A stretch of DNA of 64,000 nucleotides from Methanotrichaceae archaeon. Its GTDB lineage: Archaea; Halobacteriota; Methanosarcinia; Methanotrichales; Methanotrichaceae. The notes beneath the pieces are model-generated. The model was not told the DNA's origin, searched no databases, and saw only the letters and a list, made by a program, of their open reading frames with translations. Position 1 is the stretch's first letter, and every line of letters starts with the position of its first letter. Below are positions 51,388 through 62,065 of the stretch, one piece after another. A program made the translations under genes and the position numbers. The stretch lies in assembly GCA_963803145.1 (NCBI GenBank), contig CAWDLW010000020.1, forward strand, positions 1-64,000. The letters are read 5' to 3'.

Positions 51388-52620
51388 ATGATGCCGATGA
51401 AGACAATTTTGAAGAACGAGATACTGCTGAATAGAGATAGCGTCAATTACTCTGAGGTAAGACATATAGTTCTCAAGGGAACGAATGAGCTGATCGGCAA
51501 AGCCCTTGGAGAGATTTCTAAGGAGGATTACCATGTCACCCCGAGCCGTTACATTGATCCCATTTACGCCAAGGCTCGCCTGGCATACATGCAGAAGAAC
51601 TATCCTGCCTTCTACGAGAGGTTGAAGGGTGCCGCAGAGGCCTATGGGGTCTCCATCGACTCCACTGATTTAGACCTCAGCGTCCTCCCCTACGATGCAG
51701 GATCTCTTGGCTGCTCAGTGGTCTATTTTCCACCATCCGCAACATATAATGGCCATGCCATGGCCTGCAGGAACCTGGACTTCCGCACGGCGCCTATAGA
51801 TAGACTCCTCGGCAAGACCGACATCTCCAATCAGACGGGCATGTTTGCCAGAACCTATGTGATGGAGCTTTACCCCGACGAGGGATACTCCAGTCTGGTG
51901 ATTGGAGCCCATGACCTCATGGGGTTCGTCTTCCAGGGGCTCAACTCCCGGGGACTGGGCATAGAACTGCAGGCCGATGATAGTCCCCTCGTTGTGGTAG
52001 CCCCACTGGGGGGCGTCAGATCAAATGGACTTTCGGATTTGATGGCGGCCAGGATGATCCTGGATACCTGCAAGAGCGTAGAAGAGGCCAAACTTGTCTT
52101 ACTCAACAACAGGATATATTTCCCCTTTATAGGCCCCCACTTCCTGATCTACGATAAGTACGGCAACTCCACCATAGCTGAGTTCCTGGCTAAGGACGAC
52201 CGCGTCCACTTTACAGATGCTATGAACTCCGTTCGAGTGATGACCAACCATCCTGTCTGTCTGTATCCCACCGCGGACACCTACCCCAAGCCCGATGTCA
52301 ATGTCGGATATTACGATAGTTTCATTCGATTTAAGACACTCACTGAGATCACATCGGGCCATCAGGGAAAGTTCTCCCAGGAGGATATGATCGATGTCCT
52401 CAGGACCGTTTATGCCGAGGTATATTATGGATCGCTTCTGTCGGAGAATGCAAAGATACCCGAAAGAACTGTGATGAACTCACTGCTTGACCTGACCGAC
52501 GGGACTATCCTGGCCCGATATTATCTCAGGGACGGCCCCACAGATCCCATGCTCGGGGGACCTAGCAATATCTTCTCCCAGTTCTTCAGCTTCACACTTG
52601 GGATGATTTCATCGTCATGA
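51388..52620 (+). CDS. C45/linear amide C-N hydrolase (Ntn-hydrolase)
   Basis: G|CSVVY, CRNLDF, GLNSRGL and MTNH motifs. Confidence 0.85.
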   Translation: MMPMKTILKNEILLNRDSVNYSEVRHIVLKGTNELIGKALGEISKEDYHVTPSRYIDPIYAKARLAYMQKNYPAFYERLKGAAEAYGVSIDSTDLDLSVLPYDAGSLGCSVVYFPPSATYNGHAMACRNLDFRTAPIDRLLGKTDISNQTGMFARTYVMELYPDEGYSSLVIGAHDLMGFVFQGLNSRGLGIELQADDSPLVVVAPLGGVRSNGLSDLMAARMILDTCKSVEEAKLVLLNNRIYFPFIGPHFLIYDKYGNSTIAEFLAKDDRVHFTDAMNSVRVMTNHPVCLYPTADTYPKPDVNVGYYDSFIRFKTLTEITSGHQGKFSQEDMIDVLRTVYAEVYYGSLLSENAKIPERTVMNSLLDLTDGTILARYYLRDGPTDPMLGGPSNIFSQFFSFTLGMISSS

Positions 52621-53060
52621 CTGACATCAAAAAAGAGCAAAAGGGCGAGTACCTCGACAGGTTCCAGAACATCATCATCACAGTTCTATCCTGGACGATG
52701 GCGGTGGTTGTGTTATTTGCAACCATCGACCTGATCTACAACCTTGCCCTCTACCTGATCACCCCTCCGTTCGGGCGCTTGGGTATTACAGAGCTTCTGG
52801 AAGTCTTCGGAAGCATTCTCGCGGTGCTCATCGGAGTAGAGCTTCTTGAGACCTTCAAGGCGTTCAGGCTCGAGAAGTCGGTCAATGTACTGATGGTATT
52901 AATGGTGGCGATGATCGCCATGGCTCGGAAGATCATAGTCCTGGAGATGAACGAATCATCCAGCAATGTGAGCCTGGTGGGCGTAGCAGCAGTCATAATC
53001 GCCCTGTCCGCAGGCTACTATCTTGTCAATAGAGCAAGATCCGAGGAGAAGAGGACATGA
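52617..53060 (+). CDS. PsiE-family membrane protein
   Basis: VLIGVELLET and VAMIAMARKIIV motifs; 4 TM. Confidence 0.85.
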   Translation: MTDIKKEQKGEYLDRFQNIIITVLSWTMAVVVLFATIDLIYNLALYLITPPFGRLGITELLEVFGSILAVLIGVELLETFKAFRLEKSVNVLMVLMVAMIAMARKIIVLEMNESSSNVSLVGVAAVIIALSAGYYLVNRARSEEKRT

Positions 53061-53089
53061 GCTTGTAGTCATGAGAGAGCCTCTTGTAG

Positions 53090-53608
53090 CTACTCCAAAG
53101 TAGAATAGCTGACCTTTCTGACGGTTCCAGATGATGCTGCTGTATCGGCACTGAATATGTTATACGTCTTCGATGGAGTCTGGCCGCTCAAGTCCAATGA
53201 GAGAGCATAAAGCTTTGAGCCATCCGCCGGCACTACATTTAGCCTCAGAATATCGCCGGATAGAGATCCACTGGCTGTTGCCAGCTGAGCAAAGGCAGAG
53301 GATGTCACATTACCGCTGCCGAATACCATGCTTCCTGATTGAGAAAGAGCCAGATTGATGTATGCTCCATTCTCGAGCTCCAAATGCCATTCGCCTGTTA
53401 TGCACCGTGAAGCCGTATTTGCCGAAGGTAAGTCTGCATTTAGCGCAGAGCTATCAGATCCTGCAGCCTCTGGCTGTGCAGGCGCATCCATTGATGCCAT
53501 TAACTGTCTTGCGACGGGGTCCATGGAATCTTCTTGAGAGTGCACTTGAGACACGAGGAAGAGGAGCAGTGCACTAGCTAGCAATAATATGCAGTACTTC
53601 ATTTTCAC
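53090..53608 (-). CDS. Secreted hypothetical protein
   Basis: Signal peptide; G.W.L.L...L.L.QSG..VFG.G beta-barrel-like domain. Confidence 0.75.
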   Translation of the reverse strand: MKMKYCILLLASALLLFLVSQVHSQEDSMDPVARQLMASMDAPAQPEAAGSDSSALNADLPSANTASRCITGEWHLELENGAYINLALSQSGSMVFGSGNVTSSAFAQLATASGSLSGDILRLNVVPADGSKLYALSLDLSGQTPSKTYNIFSADTAASSGTVRKVSYSTLE

Positions 53609-53712
53609 CCACTCCGGCGAGATTTATAGAGCTGCCAGTATATTAAACTTAATCCTCGTCCCACTAACTATTGCCATCGATACCTCTCTGCTGTTGCCAT
53701 CTTCAGCCGATC

Positions 53713-53871
53713 TTATCTTAAATCCTCAAGCCTCTCGATCAGTTCCAGCTTCGCCATCTCAGCAGCCCTAATCTCATTCAAGGCCGTAACTGCTGCATCT
53801 ATGCTCTCGATGTGGGTAACGATGGCTCTTTTGACCTCAGATGGAGATGCTACAAATGTATCTAAATCCAT
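53713..53871 (-). CDS. Small helical protein (52 aa, not in the ORF track)
   Basis: GGGGGAGG RBS; MDLDTFVASPSEVKRAIVTHIESIDAAVTALNEIRAAEMAKLELIERLEDLR*. Confidence 0.6.
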   Translation of the reverse strand: MDLDTFVASPSEVKRAIVTHIESIDAAVTALNEIRAAEMAKLELIERLEDLR

Positions 53872-54221
53872 AATCTCGCCGCCTCCCCGATCAAGATAGT
53901 AGTAGCCATAATAGTAACCGAGTCCAGAAGGAATCCAGCTCTATTCAGATAGCTTGTATTCAGTCGAGGCATGGTCTGGATCCTCTGTAACTGGCATAGA
54001 TATGAGTGCCAGAATGGCTTTAATACGGCTTGCATATACATTTTCGTTTACCTCCTTTGCAGAGTTTCCGCCAGGTTTAGAATAACTAATTACGACCCGG
54101 CAATCTTTAATCCTTCTAAAGTGCTTATCCCTATATAAGGATATTCCCTTTTGAAGGATAATACCTTTAGAAGGATAATAATAAAGAGTTTTATACCAAA
54201 ACAAATTATCCTATCTGATAA

Positions 54222-54413
54222 GTGGTTATAATGCTTCTAAGTAATTTGATGGAAAAACTGGGATCACGTAATCTGATAACTGATCCTTCTTACAGGAAAG
54301 TGGATAAGATAGGCAGAGTCACTATTGGAAAAGAGTTCGCAGGGAAGGAGGTAATAGTGATCGCCCTAGAGCCCAAGCTGCCGAATGATAAAGCCGATTA
54401 TATAAAGCTCTGA
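54222..54413 (+). CDS. Small AbrB-like (DUF2080-like) DNA-binding protein
   Basis: RKVDKIGRVTIGKEFAGKEVIVI. Confidence 0.65.
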   Translation: MVIMLLSNLMEKLGSRNLITDPSYRKVDKIGRVTIGKEFAGKEVIVIALEPKLPNDKADYIKL

Positions 54414-54891
54414 TGTCGCAGAGATGGAGTGTTTCCGCACTGAGGTGAGCAGACTGGCCGCACAAAAAGGTCAATCTTCCTTTGTTGCTGTGGCCCTGAA
54501 GAATTTTGCCAGAGAAAACGATAAGATAGCACTTGGGGTTGATCTCAAAACATAACAAAGAAATGTTATGCCATGACAAATACCTTTAGATATACTGTCG
54601 CGAAGCCGCCGCGCCTGTTAGATGTCGATATGATCGAAAACATTAAATTCAGCCATAAGTGTATGGGTTATATGTAGGTACGAAATGCATAGCCTTAAAA
54701 TTCTAAACGTCGGAAAACCAAAGGATACGGGAAGATTGAACGGCTCTGCCTCCAGACCTCCGTCAGATGTACTTGGAAAGCGTAGAGTACCATCATAAGC
54801 TATTAGAGAGGCTTGCTCAGAGGTAGTTAGATAAACTGCTCTGGGCCACCTTCCACCAGTTGTGGCTCTTTCTCCTCAACCAGCGCTCTAC

Positions 54892-55978
54892 TATAGTTAA
54901 TCATTGAGCTTATTGCCCTATAGATACATTTAATAATTAATGCGTGAAAATACATAGGCATGGGTAGAAAACCTATAATAATTAGGCATATATCAAAGAT
55001 AGACCTTGATAAATTATATAAAAAAGAGACTGATCTAAGGATTAAGGAACGGTTATTGGCAATAATACATTTATATGAAGGGAAAAACGTATATGAGGTA
55101 GCTGATATTTTAAAAAGGGGCGAGAGGACAATAAAATATTGGTTAAGCAGATGGAATAATCAAGGCTATAATGGATTGACACCAAAGAATAGAAATGGCA
55201 AAAAGCCAAAGATGTCTCTTGATGAATGGGATAGAGTTATTAAAGAAATTGAAGACAAAGGAATGACGATAAAAGACGTATTAAAATATGTAAGGGATAC
55301 AAGAGGTATAGATTTTTCATATAAATATGGCTGGCGAATTTTAAGAGTAGTGAAAAAAGTTAAGTATGGGAAACCATACATCAGAAATGAAAAGAGGCCT
55401 GCAGATGCAGAAAGTTTTTTAAAAAAGGATAAAATCAGTGCTGACCACTGTTACTGATCCTGTTATAGGATTTCTTGATGAAAGCTCTTTACAACAGCGC
55501 CCTAATACACGTAGAGTCTTAAACACTCATTTAATAAATTATAAACCTGGAAAGGTTAGATCAAGAACTATTTTTGGATTTATAGCATTAAATGGCAATG
55601 ATGAGGTTATGGTTTCCAACTCCTCTAAGAAGGAAGCGTTGATGGCATTTGCTCAAAATATAAGAAATAATAATATTATGAGGCCAATTTGTATACTTTT
55701 AGATAATGCTAGAATTCATTTGGCCAAGAAATTTAGAAAACTAGCTGAGGAAATCGATATTCACTTAATTTATAATATCCCCTATTCACCAGATTTGAAT
55801 CCTATAGAATTCGGTTGGAAGGATTTCAAAAGAGAGATCGCCAAATACACTGATTTCGATGAAGCTATTATAGCTAGCCAAGATTGCGCTTTAGAAATAT
55901 TTTATTCCAAAAAGGATGGATATTCAAAGTCCTGGGTGGAGCGATTTCTTAGTGCAAAAAGCTAGGAGATTAACTATA
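54892..55978 (+). mobile_element. IS630-family element; orfA 54960..55457 and orfB 55438..55965 joined by a -1 frameshift
   Basis: Ends TATAGTTAATC / GATTAACTATA (TA target); slippery TTTTTTAAAAAAG at 55415-55427; FLDES, LDNARIH and YSPDLNPIE DDE motifs. Confidence 0.95.
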
Positions 55979-56046
55979 GTACGCTTGATCGTTTTTGTGT
56001 GAAGATACAAAAGTATAATTGATTCCAGATTTGGCCTGCCATTAGA

Positions 56047-56177
56047 ATTCAAGAGCTACTTACTTCTGGGGCTAATACTGGCGGCCTTCTAGCGCCCTCA
56101 ATCGCCGGGCGGGCTACCCCTAACCCCTCGCTGGGGGAAGGCTTTGGAAAACGCATACTATACGGTTGAAGAGGATA
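56047..56177 (+). repeat. ~130-bp structured element, copy 1 (inverted repeat with 62066..62199)
   Basis: Core CTTCTGGGGCTAATACT.GCGG...TAGCGC.CTCAATCGCCG.GCGGGCT.CCCCTAACCCCTC...GGGGGAAGGCTTTGGAAAACG is shared. Confidence 0.85.
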
Positions 56178-56262
56178 TGATAGAGGAACCCCTCTATCTA
56201 TTTCGCTGAAGTGCTGAAGGGAAATTTGTGACGACACTTATTGGTCGCAATGACGGTTTATT

Positions 56263-56796
56263 TTAAGGCAAGCGAACAGTTAATCCAGAATTTGGTCCAG
56301 GAGGAAGACCAAGAGCGGGCTCTACCCCTGGGGACATCCTAAGGTCTTCCAGCAATCTCTTTGCGGAGATCCTTTTTCCAATCATTGCTTCAGACTCTGG
56401 GCGTGGTTGATTCACTTGTTTACCTCTATATACTTCAACTTCTGGAATGCTGTCTTCCATGGCTCTGGCACATAGACCGCGCACATAGAAGCGATTAAAC
56501 TCACCTTCTGCAAGAGTATCCGGTGCGTTAACAGGAACTTGGGCGATTGAAAAACTGCCGTTCTTTTTATTGCGCTTTTCAGTGGTATTCATATAACCAA
56601 GGCGACGCAATTCGCCTGCAAGCCATGCATCGTCACGACTTTGAATTGCTTCCTTCAGGAGCGAAGGATACGACTCTAAACCCTGCTGATTCAAACGAGG
56701 GCTGATATAAAGTGATCCTCTCGATATATCTAATTCCACTTCTTTCAGCATAAACTGACGTGTTCTAGCATCCAAGTTCTCATAAATTAGTGCCAT
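56263..56796 (-). CDS. Conserved-looking hypothetical protein
   Basis: 177-aa ORF with AEGEFNRFYVRGLC, EVYR and GPNSGL motifs. Confidence 0.75.
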   Translation of the reverse strand: MALIYENLDARTRQFMLKEVELDISRGSLYISPRLNQQGLESYPSLLKEAIQSRDDAWLAGELRRLGYMNTTEKRNKKNGSFSIAQVPVNAPDTLAEGEFNRFYVRGLCARAMEDSIPEVEVYRGKQVNQPRPESEAMIGKRISAKRLLEDLRMSPGVEPALGLPPGPNSGLTVRLP

Positions 56797-56868
56797 TATC
56801 CCACCTGCGCTCGATACTTTAGGATATACATCCTCATGGGATGATATTTACGCACCTGAAAAGTTTAT

Positions 56869-57102
56869 TCACTTCTTATCTTTTGGCGGGCAAGGATCCT
56901 TGCCATAGCTATTTGACTCTCGGATCTTTCCATCCTTGCCGTGAATTATACATTCTGCTCTCTGATTTAGACATATCTCCCGTGCACGGTCGATTGCTTC
57001 AGCTTGTGTAGTGCTATGACTCGACGACTTTTCTGCATGGGGCTTCTTGACATCCCAGCCACCATCAGGGTTTTGTACAACATGCCTTTCCTTTCTTGCC
57101 AT
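56869..57102 (-). CDS. DUF2188 family protein
   Basis: HVV....GWDVK.....S....TQAEAI..A......IHGKDGKIRE..SYG.DP.PP pattern. Confidence 0.9.
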   Translation of the reverse strand: MARKERHVVQNPDGGWDVKKPHAEKSSSHSTTQAEAIDRAREICLNQRAECIIHGKDGKIRESNSYGKDPCPPKDKK

Positions 57103-57206
57103 TGGTTAGTTCATAGTAATATGATAATATTTAAGTTCGAGCAGTGCAGAGCGAAAGTAATTAACTATGTATAACCTATGGTTGATCCAAGAAAGAGGAG
57201 GTGTAA

Positions 57207-57479
57207 ATGAGTTCTGGTGCCAATGATTGCTGTTGTTGTGCAGGCAAGATGCGTGAGGGCAAGCATGAATTTATGGCCAGAGTTGGGGATGAGATAGTAG
57301 TCATCAAGGATGTTCCGGCTCTTGTCTGCGATATCTGCGGCGAGGTCGAATACACGCCTGAGGTATCAGAAGAGATCGATGTGATCATGGAAGACTTCTT
57401 TGCGGGGCGTCTAATGGCAAAGCCCATTGTGGCGGGAGAGGTCATGTTTAGGCCTCAGGGTGCAGACTCAACGGTATAA
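57207..57479 (+). CDS. YgiT/MqsA-type zinc-finger protein
   Basis: CxxCxG...IVVIKDVPALVCDICGE. Confidence 0.88.
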   Translation: MSSGANDCCCCAGKMREGKHEFMARVGDEIVVIKDVPALVCDICGEVEYTPEVSEEIDVIMEDFFAGRLMAKPIVAGEVMFRPQGADSTV

Positions 57480-57735
57480 GCATTTCTTGGGTCAGCGGAT
57501 CTCTAAAAAACTACTATCTGCAGAGCGCGCTTTGAGTGCCGTTGGAAGTGCATTCAGTGGTCAAGCCGAAAAGGCTGACGATTTACATTGAATAAGCTAA
57601 TCCAAAATATTAATCTAGCTTTGCCCCCAATTTATAATATTAGATAGCATAATTGTTTGAAATTCTCTATCAAAACCAACATCTTTAAGAAATAGATGCT
57701 TATTTAGCACTCATAGTCTGAACTAGGATGGCATT

Positions 57736-58647
57736 ATGGATAGAGTAAGCCGATCATGGTACGAACTTGCATTTGAGCGAGATTTTCTAAAGAAAACCGG
57801 CAATTCGTTCCAAGATTTCTTCTGCGAAATTATGGAAAAATGCCATCCTGGAGATTTTCAACGAATTCGTCCTTGGGGAAAATTCGGAGATAGAAAAAAT
57901 GATGGCTACTTGTCATCGGCAAGAATGCTGTTCCAAATCTATGCACCTAATGAAATTCGCCAAGCAGATACATTAGCGAAAATAAATGAGGATTTCTATG
58001 GTGCACTACCTTATTGGGAAAAATATTTTGACTCTTGGGTTTTTACACATAATTCTCGCCAAGGGCTCAGTCCAGACGTATTCAAGAGATTATTGGAACT
58101 TAAGACTGAATATACTTATTTAGAGTTCCCTTGCTGGGGTTTTGAAGAATTAAGGATAAAAGTCTTCACACTATCTGAGAGGGATATTGCATCGATTCTG
58201 GGCCTTGCACCAACAAACCAGGATCTGCTTAATGTAGGATTCTCAGAACTAAAACTCGTGCTCGGTGCCATATCTCAACAAGAACCTCTATTCGATCAAG
58301 ATATAAGTTCAATATCCAAAGAGAAGCTTACTTACAATGCTTTATCACATAGCGTGGAAGAATTGATTAAATTGGGTGCTGTTCGATCCAACCTTGTTAA
58401 GCGATTTTTTAGAGAATATAACGATCCTGAATATGGCGATAAAATTGCGCGAACATTTAGAGAAAAGTATATTGAATTGAAAAAGGAAAATAACTCCCCT
58501 GATATTATTTTTTTGAAGCTTCAGGAATTCGCTGGCGGCACAAAGCGTGGCCCACCTAAGTATGAGGCTGCTGTTTTAGCGATATTGTCATATCTCTTTC
58601 AGAGTTGCGATATCTTTGAGCATCCTGCACCTAGAGGACCACTATGA
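57736..58647 (+). CDS. ABC-three-component (Lamassu-family) effector: restriction-endonuclease-like domain + CTD
   Basis: FQDFF..IM, GDRKNDG and FQIYAP nuclease core; C-terminal YLFQSCDIFE. Confidence 0.8.
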   Translation: MDRVSRSWYELAFERDFLKKTGNSFQDFFCEIMEKCHPGDFQRIRPWGKFGDRKNDGYLSSARMLFQIYAPNEIRQADTLAKINEDFYGALPYWEKYFDSWVFTHNSRQGLSPDVFKRLLELKTEYTYLEFPCWGFEELRIKVFTLSERDIASILGLAPTNQDLLNVGFSELKLVLGAISQQEPLFDQDISSISKEKLTYNALSHSVEELIKLGAVRSNLVKRFFREYNDPEYGDKIARTFREKYIELKKENNSPDIIFLKLQEFAGGTKRGPPKYEAAVLAILSYLFQSCDIFEHPAPRGPL

Positions 58648-58880
58648 TTCTGCCTACTAAGCATTCCGGGTATGATCGCTCACTTTTGGTTCTTGGCGCG
58701 GAAATCTTGAATATCTTAAGTGTACCCAAAACGTTATCTCGTACATGGGAAGAACTCAAACGAAATAATATTAATAAAAACTACTTAACCTATGAGTGGT
58801 TTATCTTATCTTTAGACTTATTATATCTCCTAAATGCCATAGAATTTGAAAATGGATTGATTAGGAAGGTATATTTATGA
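58644..58880 (+). CDS. ABC-3C middle component (LmuC-like)
   Basis: MILPTKH...SLL.LGA.IL...LW...SLDLLYLL; overlaps both neighbours. Confidence 0.8.
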   Translation: MILPTKHSGYDRSLLVLGAEILNILSVPKTLSRTWEELKRNNINKNYLTYEWFILSLDLLYLLNAIEFENGLIRKVYL

Positions 58881-61864
58881 TTTATAAAATTTTTAGCGAT
58901 TTACCTAGTTTTAAGGAAATTGATTTTCATCCAGGGTTAAATCTACTTATAGCTGATAAAAGCCCTGGAGCAACTGATCAGCAGACTAGAAACCGCGCTG
59001 GAAAAACTAGCATTATTGAGATAATTCATTTTTTATTAGGGTCCGATTGTGGGCCGGATTCCATCTTTAGATCTGAGAAACTTATAGGTTTCTCTTTTAG
59101 TATGGAATTTGATCTTGGGCACGCTATAACAATTGTAGAAAGGTCAGGGACGCGACCTAATCGGATTTTAGTAAAAACAGATAACTTTGATGCATGGCCA
59201 ATTAAGCCTGCAAAACAAAAGATAACAACTATTTCCAATTCAGAATGGAGGAACATATTAGGGTCTATTATTTTTGGGCTAAACGAAGCTGAAGATCAGA
59301 ATTTAGGAAAAAAATTTGCGCCGAGATTTAGAGCTCTTTTCTCATATTTTGCTCGTCGAGAAAGAAAAGGCGCATTTAACTCCCCGATGAAGCAATCTGA
59401 TATGCAGCAATTATGGGATCAGCAGGTAGCGCTCTCATATCTACTTGATCTAGATTGGGTTATAGCCCAGAGTTGGCAGACTGTAAGAGAACGTGAAAAG
59501 ACATTAAGGGAGTTAAGAAAGGCAGTTGGTGAAGGCGTCTTCGGAGAAGCTATCGGTACTGTCGCCAGTCTTAGAACCGAATTGACAGTAGCTGAAGAGA
59601 AAATACGACGCATAAGGCAAGAACTAAATGAGTTTAAGGTACTTCCACAATATCATGAGCTCGAAACTGAGGCTTCTAATTTAAGCCAACAATTAGGTAA
59701 ACTCTCAGATGAAAATATTATTGATCGAGAATTAATTGATAACATCGAATCATCCCTAGAACAAGAGCAACCACCTGCATTGGATGATTTATACCGTCTT
59801 TATGAAGAGGCAGGCGTATTATTGACTGATAGGATTAAGCTTCATTTCGATGACCTAAGCAAATTTCATGAATCAATAATCGAAAATAGAAAATTCTATC
59901 TATCATCTGAAATTGAGGAAGCTAACCGACGTATAAGTTCCAGAGATCATAATATGATATCTCTGTCTCGTCGGTGGTCCGAAATAATGGCACTACTCAA
60001 TTCTCGGTTGTGTATGTGACCTATTGAAATGGGATCCTCCAAGTCATTAACTCCTTCATAGTCCAAATATGGTCGGTAATCAATTCAACCATCGCAGGCG
60101 TTCGAGGGATCCATTTTTTAGGATTCAGAGCGAATCCCACTTCTTCCATGTCAAGGTTTATCTCAATTTTTAAAGAATCATGCGGCTTAACGAAGTTGTA
60201 CCAAGCTTGGAAAAAGTCTATTGCGCCGGTATGAATTTGCCTATCTTTACTAAAGTTCATAGACTCACGTATAAACCTGGCCAGATAATTCCTGAAAGTG
60301 AGATTCATTCGTTCGACGTAGGATGTCTGGATATGTTCTTTCGATGTTGGGCAAAGCAGTTCAAGCACATCTTTCGGGTCACCATATACAATCCGTTCAA
60401 ATGTGTTAACCACTTCATCATTCTTTTTATTTTTCACAATTTGAGCATATTTAAGGTCAGGAGGAGGAACAAGTATAGGATTTGGTTTTCTGCCTAGTCC
60501 TTTGTATTCAGGCGTCTCCTTGACACCGTAGACTTCAAGGAGGGCATTGGAAAATGGATCCCAATCATCGGAAACGAATACCGGAAGAGGTGTGCCTGTC
60601 GCCCGTCTATGTTCTAAGTCACTAAATAAGGCAGTTGCATCTTCTATAGTTCGGCCACCTTCATGATGGCAGATTAGTAACCTTGATTCAGCATTTATTG
60701 CTGTCAGACTATATACGTCACCAACGTCTTTTGAGTCATAGCTACTTACATTTTTTTGTTTTTTTACAAAATGACCATATTTCATCTATCTGCACTTGTG
60801 TAAGATGAAGATGGTTCAGGAAGTAATCATTGACCTCTTTGCAATGATCCGCTGCCCTTTTGAGCCATCGGCAGATTGTATTTTTATCATGACCTGTAGA
60901 TCTTGCAACACCACGAATACTGCCTTTTTCTACCAATTGGGCCAGGACATCTAAGACTTCCTCATCTGATGTGCTTAAACCGAAAAATATTGTTCCGCGA
61001 GTCTCGCTGAAACAATGACCACATGTTCTACACTTCAAGAGCGCACGGTTGTTCTTTCCATAGTGATCTTTTATCACTATGTTGCCTTTATCGTTTATGC
61101 CATAATCCTGGCAGCCTTCATGATGGCACCAGTAATCGGACAATGTAATATCAGACATTTTTGATACATCCCTTTTAAAGAATGTATCATTATAAACATA
61201 TAACTATTTCATCGGAACGCATACACGACCCAATTCTCATGGAGCATTAGATCAATATAGCAAAATGCAATCCAGATTATCAAAACTCGAAGCGGAAACA
61301 GAAGTCTTGCGCCAAAGATTCTCAGCTGCAGAACAGTTAGAGGGCAAGAAAACGGAATTGGATATAGAGAGAAAGCGATTGCTCGTAAGGCTTATGCAGG
61401 ATTACCAAGAAAGAAAATCTCAACTAAGCCATTCTATTATAATTTTTCAAGAAATATCTAGTTCACTCTATGAGAGTGCTGGCAATTTGACCGTTTCTGC
61501 ATCAAATAACGGCCCTATGTTCGAAGTAAAAATACAAGGGAAAGAGAGTAAGGGCATTAATAATATGCAAATATTCTGCTTTGACATTATGTTGATGGAA
61601 TTATGTTCAGAAAAAGATATAGGTCCTGGCTTCCTAGTACACGATAGCCATTTGTTTGATGGTGTTGATGAGCGTCAGATAGCCAAAGCCCTTCAACTTG
61701 GCGCTTCCACTGCAAGAGAATTTGGATTTCAGTACATAGTTACGATGAATTCTGATGACCTACCCAGAGAGCTCCCTGCTGAATTTGATCTAAAGGATTA
61801 CATTTTGCCAATACGTTTAACAGATGCTACAGAAACTGGCGGTTTATTTGGATTGATATTTTAG
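58877..61864 (+). pseudogene. ABC-3C/Lamassu SMC-like ABC ATPase (DUF2326-type), split by an IS1
   Basis: Walker A RNRAGKTS and coiled coil; the C-half has GKESKG, FCFD and FLVHDSHLFDGVDERQ. Removing 60006-61238 restores LLNS|HGALDQY in frame (584 aa). Confidence 0.9.
60006..61230 (-). mobile_element. IS1-family insertion sequence (orfs 60742..61158 and 60021..60785)
   Basis: TIRs GGTTGTGTATGTG / CGCATACACGACC; 8-bp TSD CAATTCTC (59998-60005, 61231-61238); Zn-ribbon + HTH, QIDEIWSF, SDDW and TSYVERMN motifs. Confidence 0.93.
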
Positions 61865-61891
61865 TTTTCTTATGCCAAAGGGAAACAAAAA

Positions 61892-62032
61892 ATGAGGAAT
61901 ACATCTTTAGAACGATATGAGCAACAGACTGAAGATTTGCATGATCTAGTGGTTGTAGTTGAGCGCAGAGAGGAAGAGCCAATTAGCCTTAAAGAGATGA
62001 AGCGCCGCCTTAAGCAAGATTGTCTCCTGTGA
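61892..62032 (+). pseudogene. Antitoxin-like small protein/remnant (46 aa)
   Basis: YE...EDLHDL.VV.ERREEEPISL.EMKRRLK resembles RelB/Phd-type antitoxin C-termini; no toxin follows. Confidence 0.5.
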
Positions 62033-62065
62033 TATTAATAAAAGGATAGAGCGAATAGTTGATTT

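Noticed and set aside
20513-52362. Numerous 60-200-aa antisense or alternative-frame ORFs in the track (e.g. 20513..20989, 31688..32245, 38422..38970, 39085..39705)
   Set aside because: They are shadows of well-supported genes on the opposite strand or frame, with no motifs or RBS.
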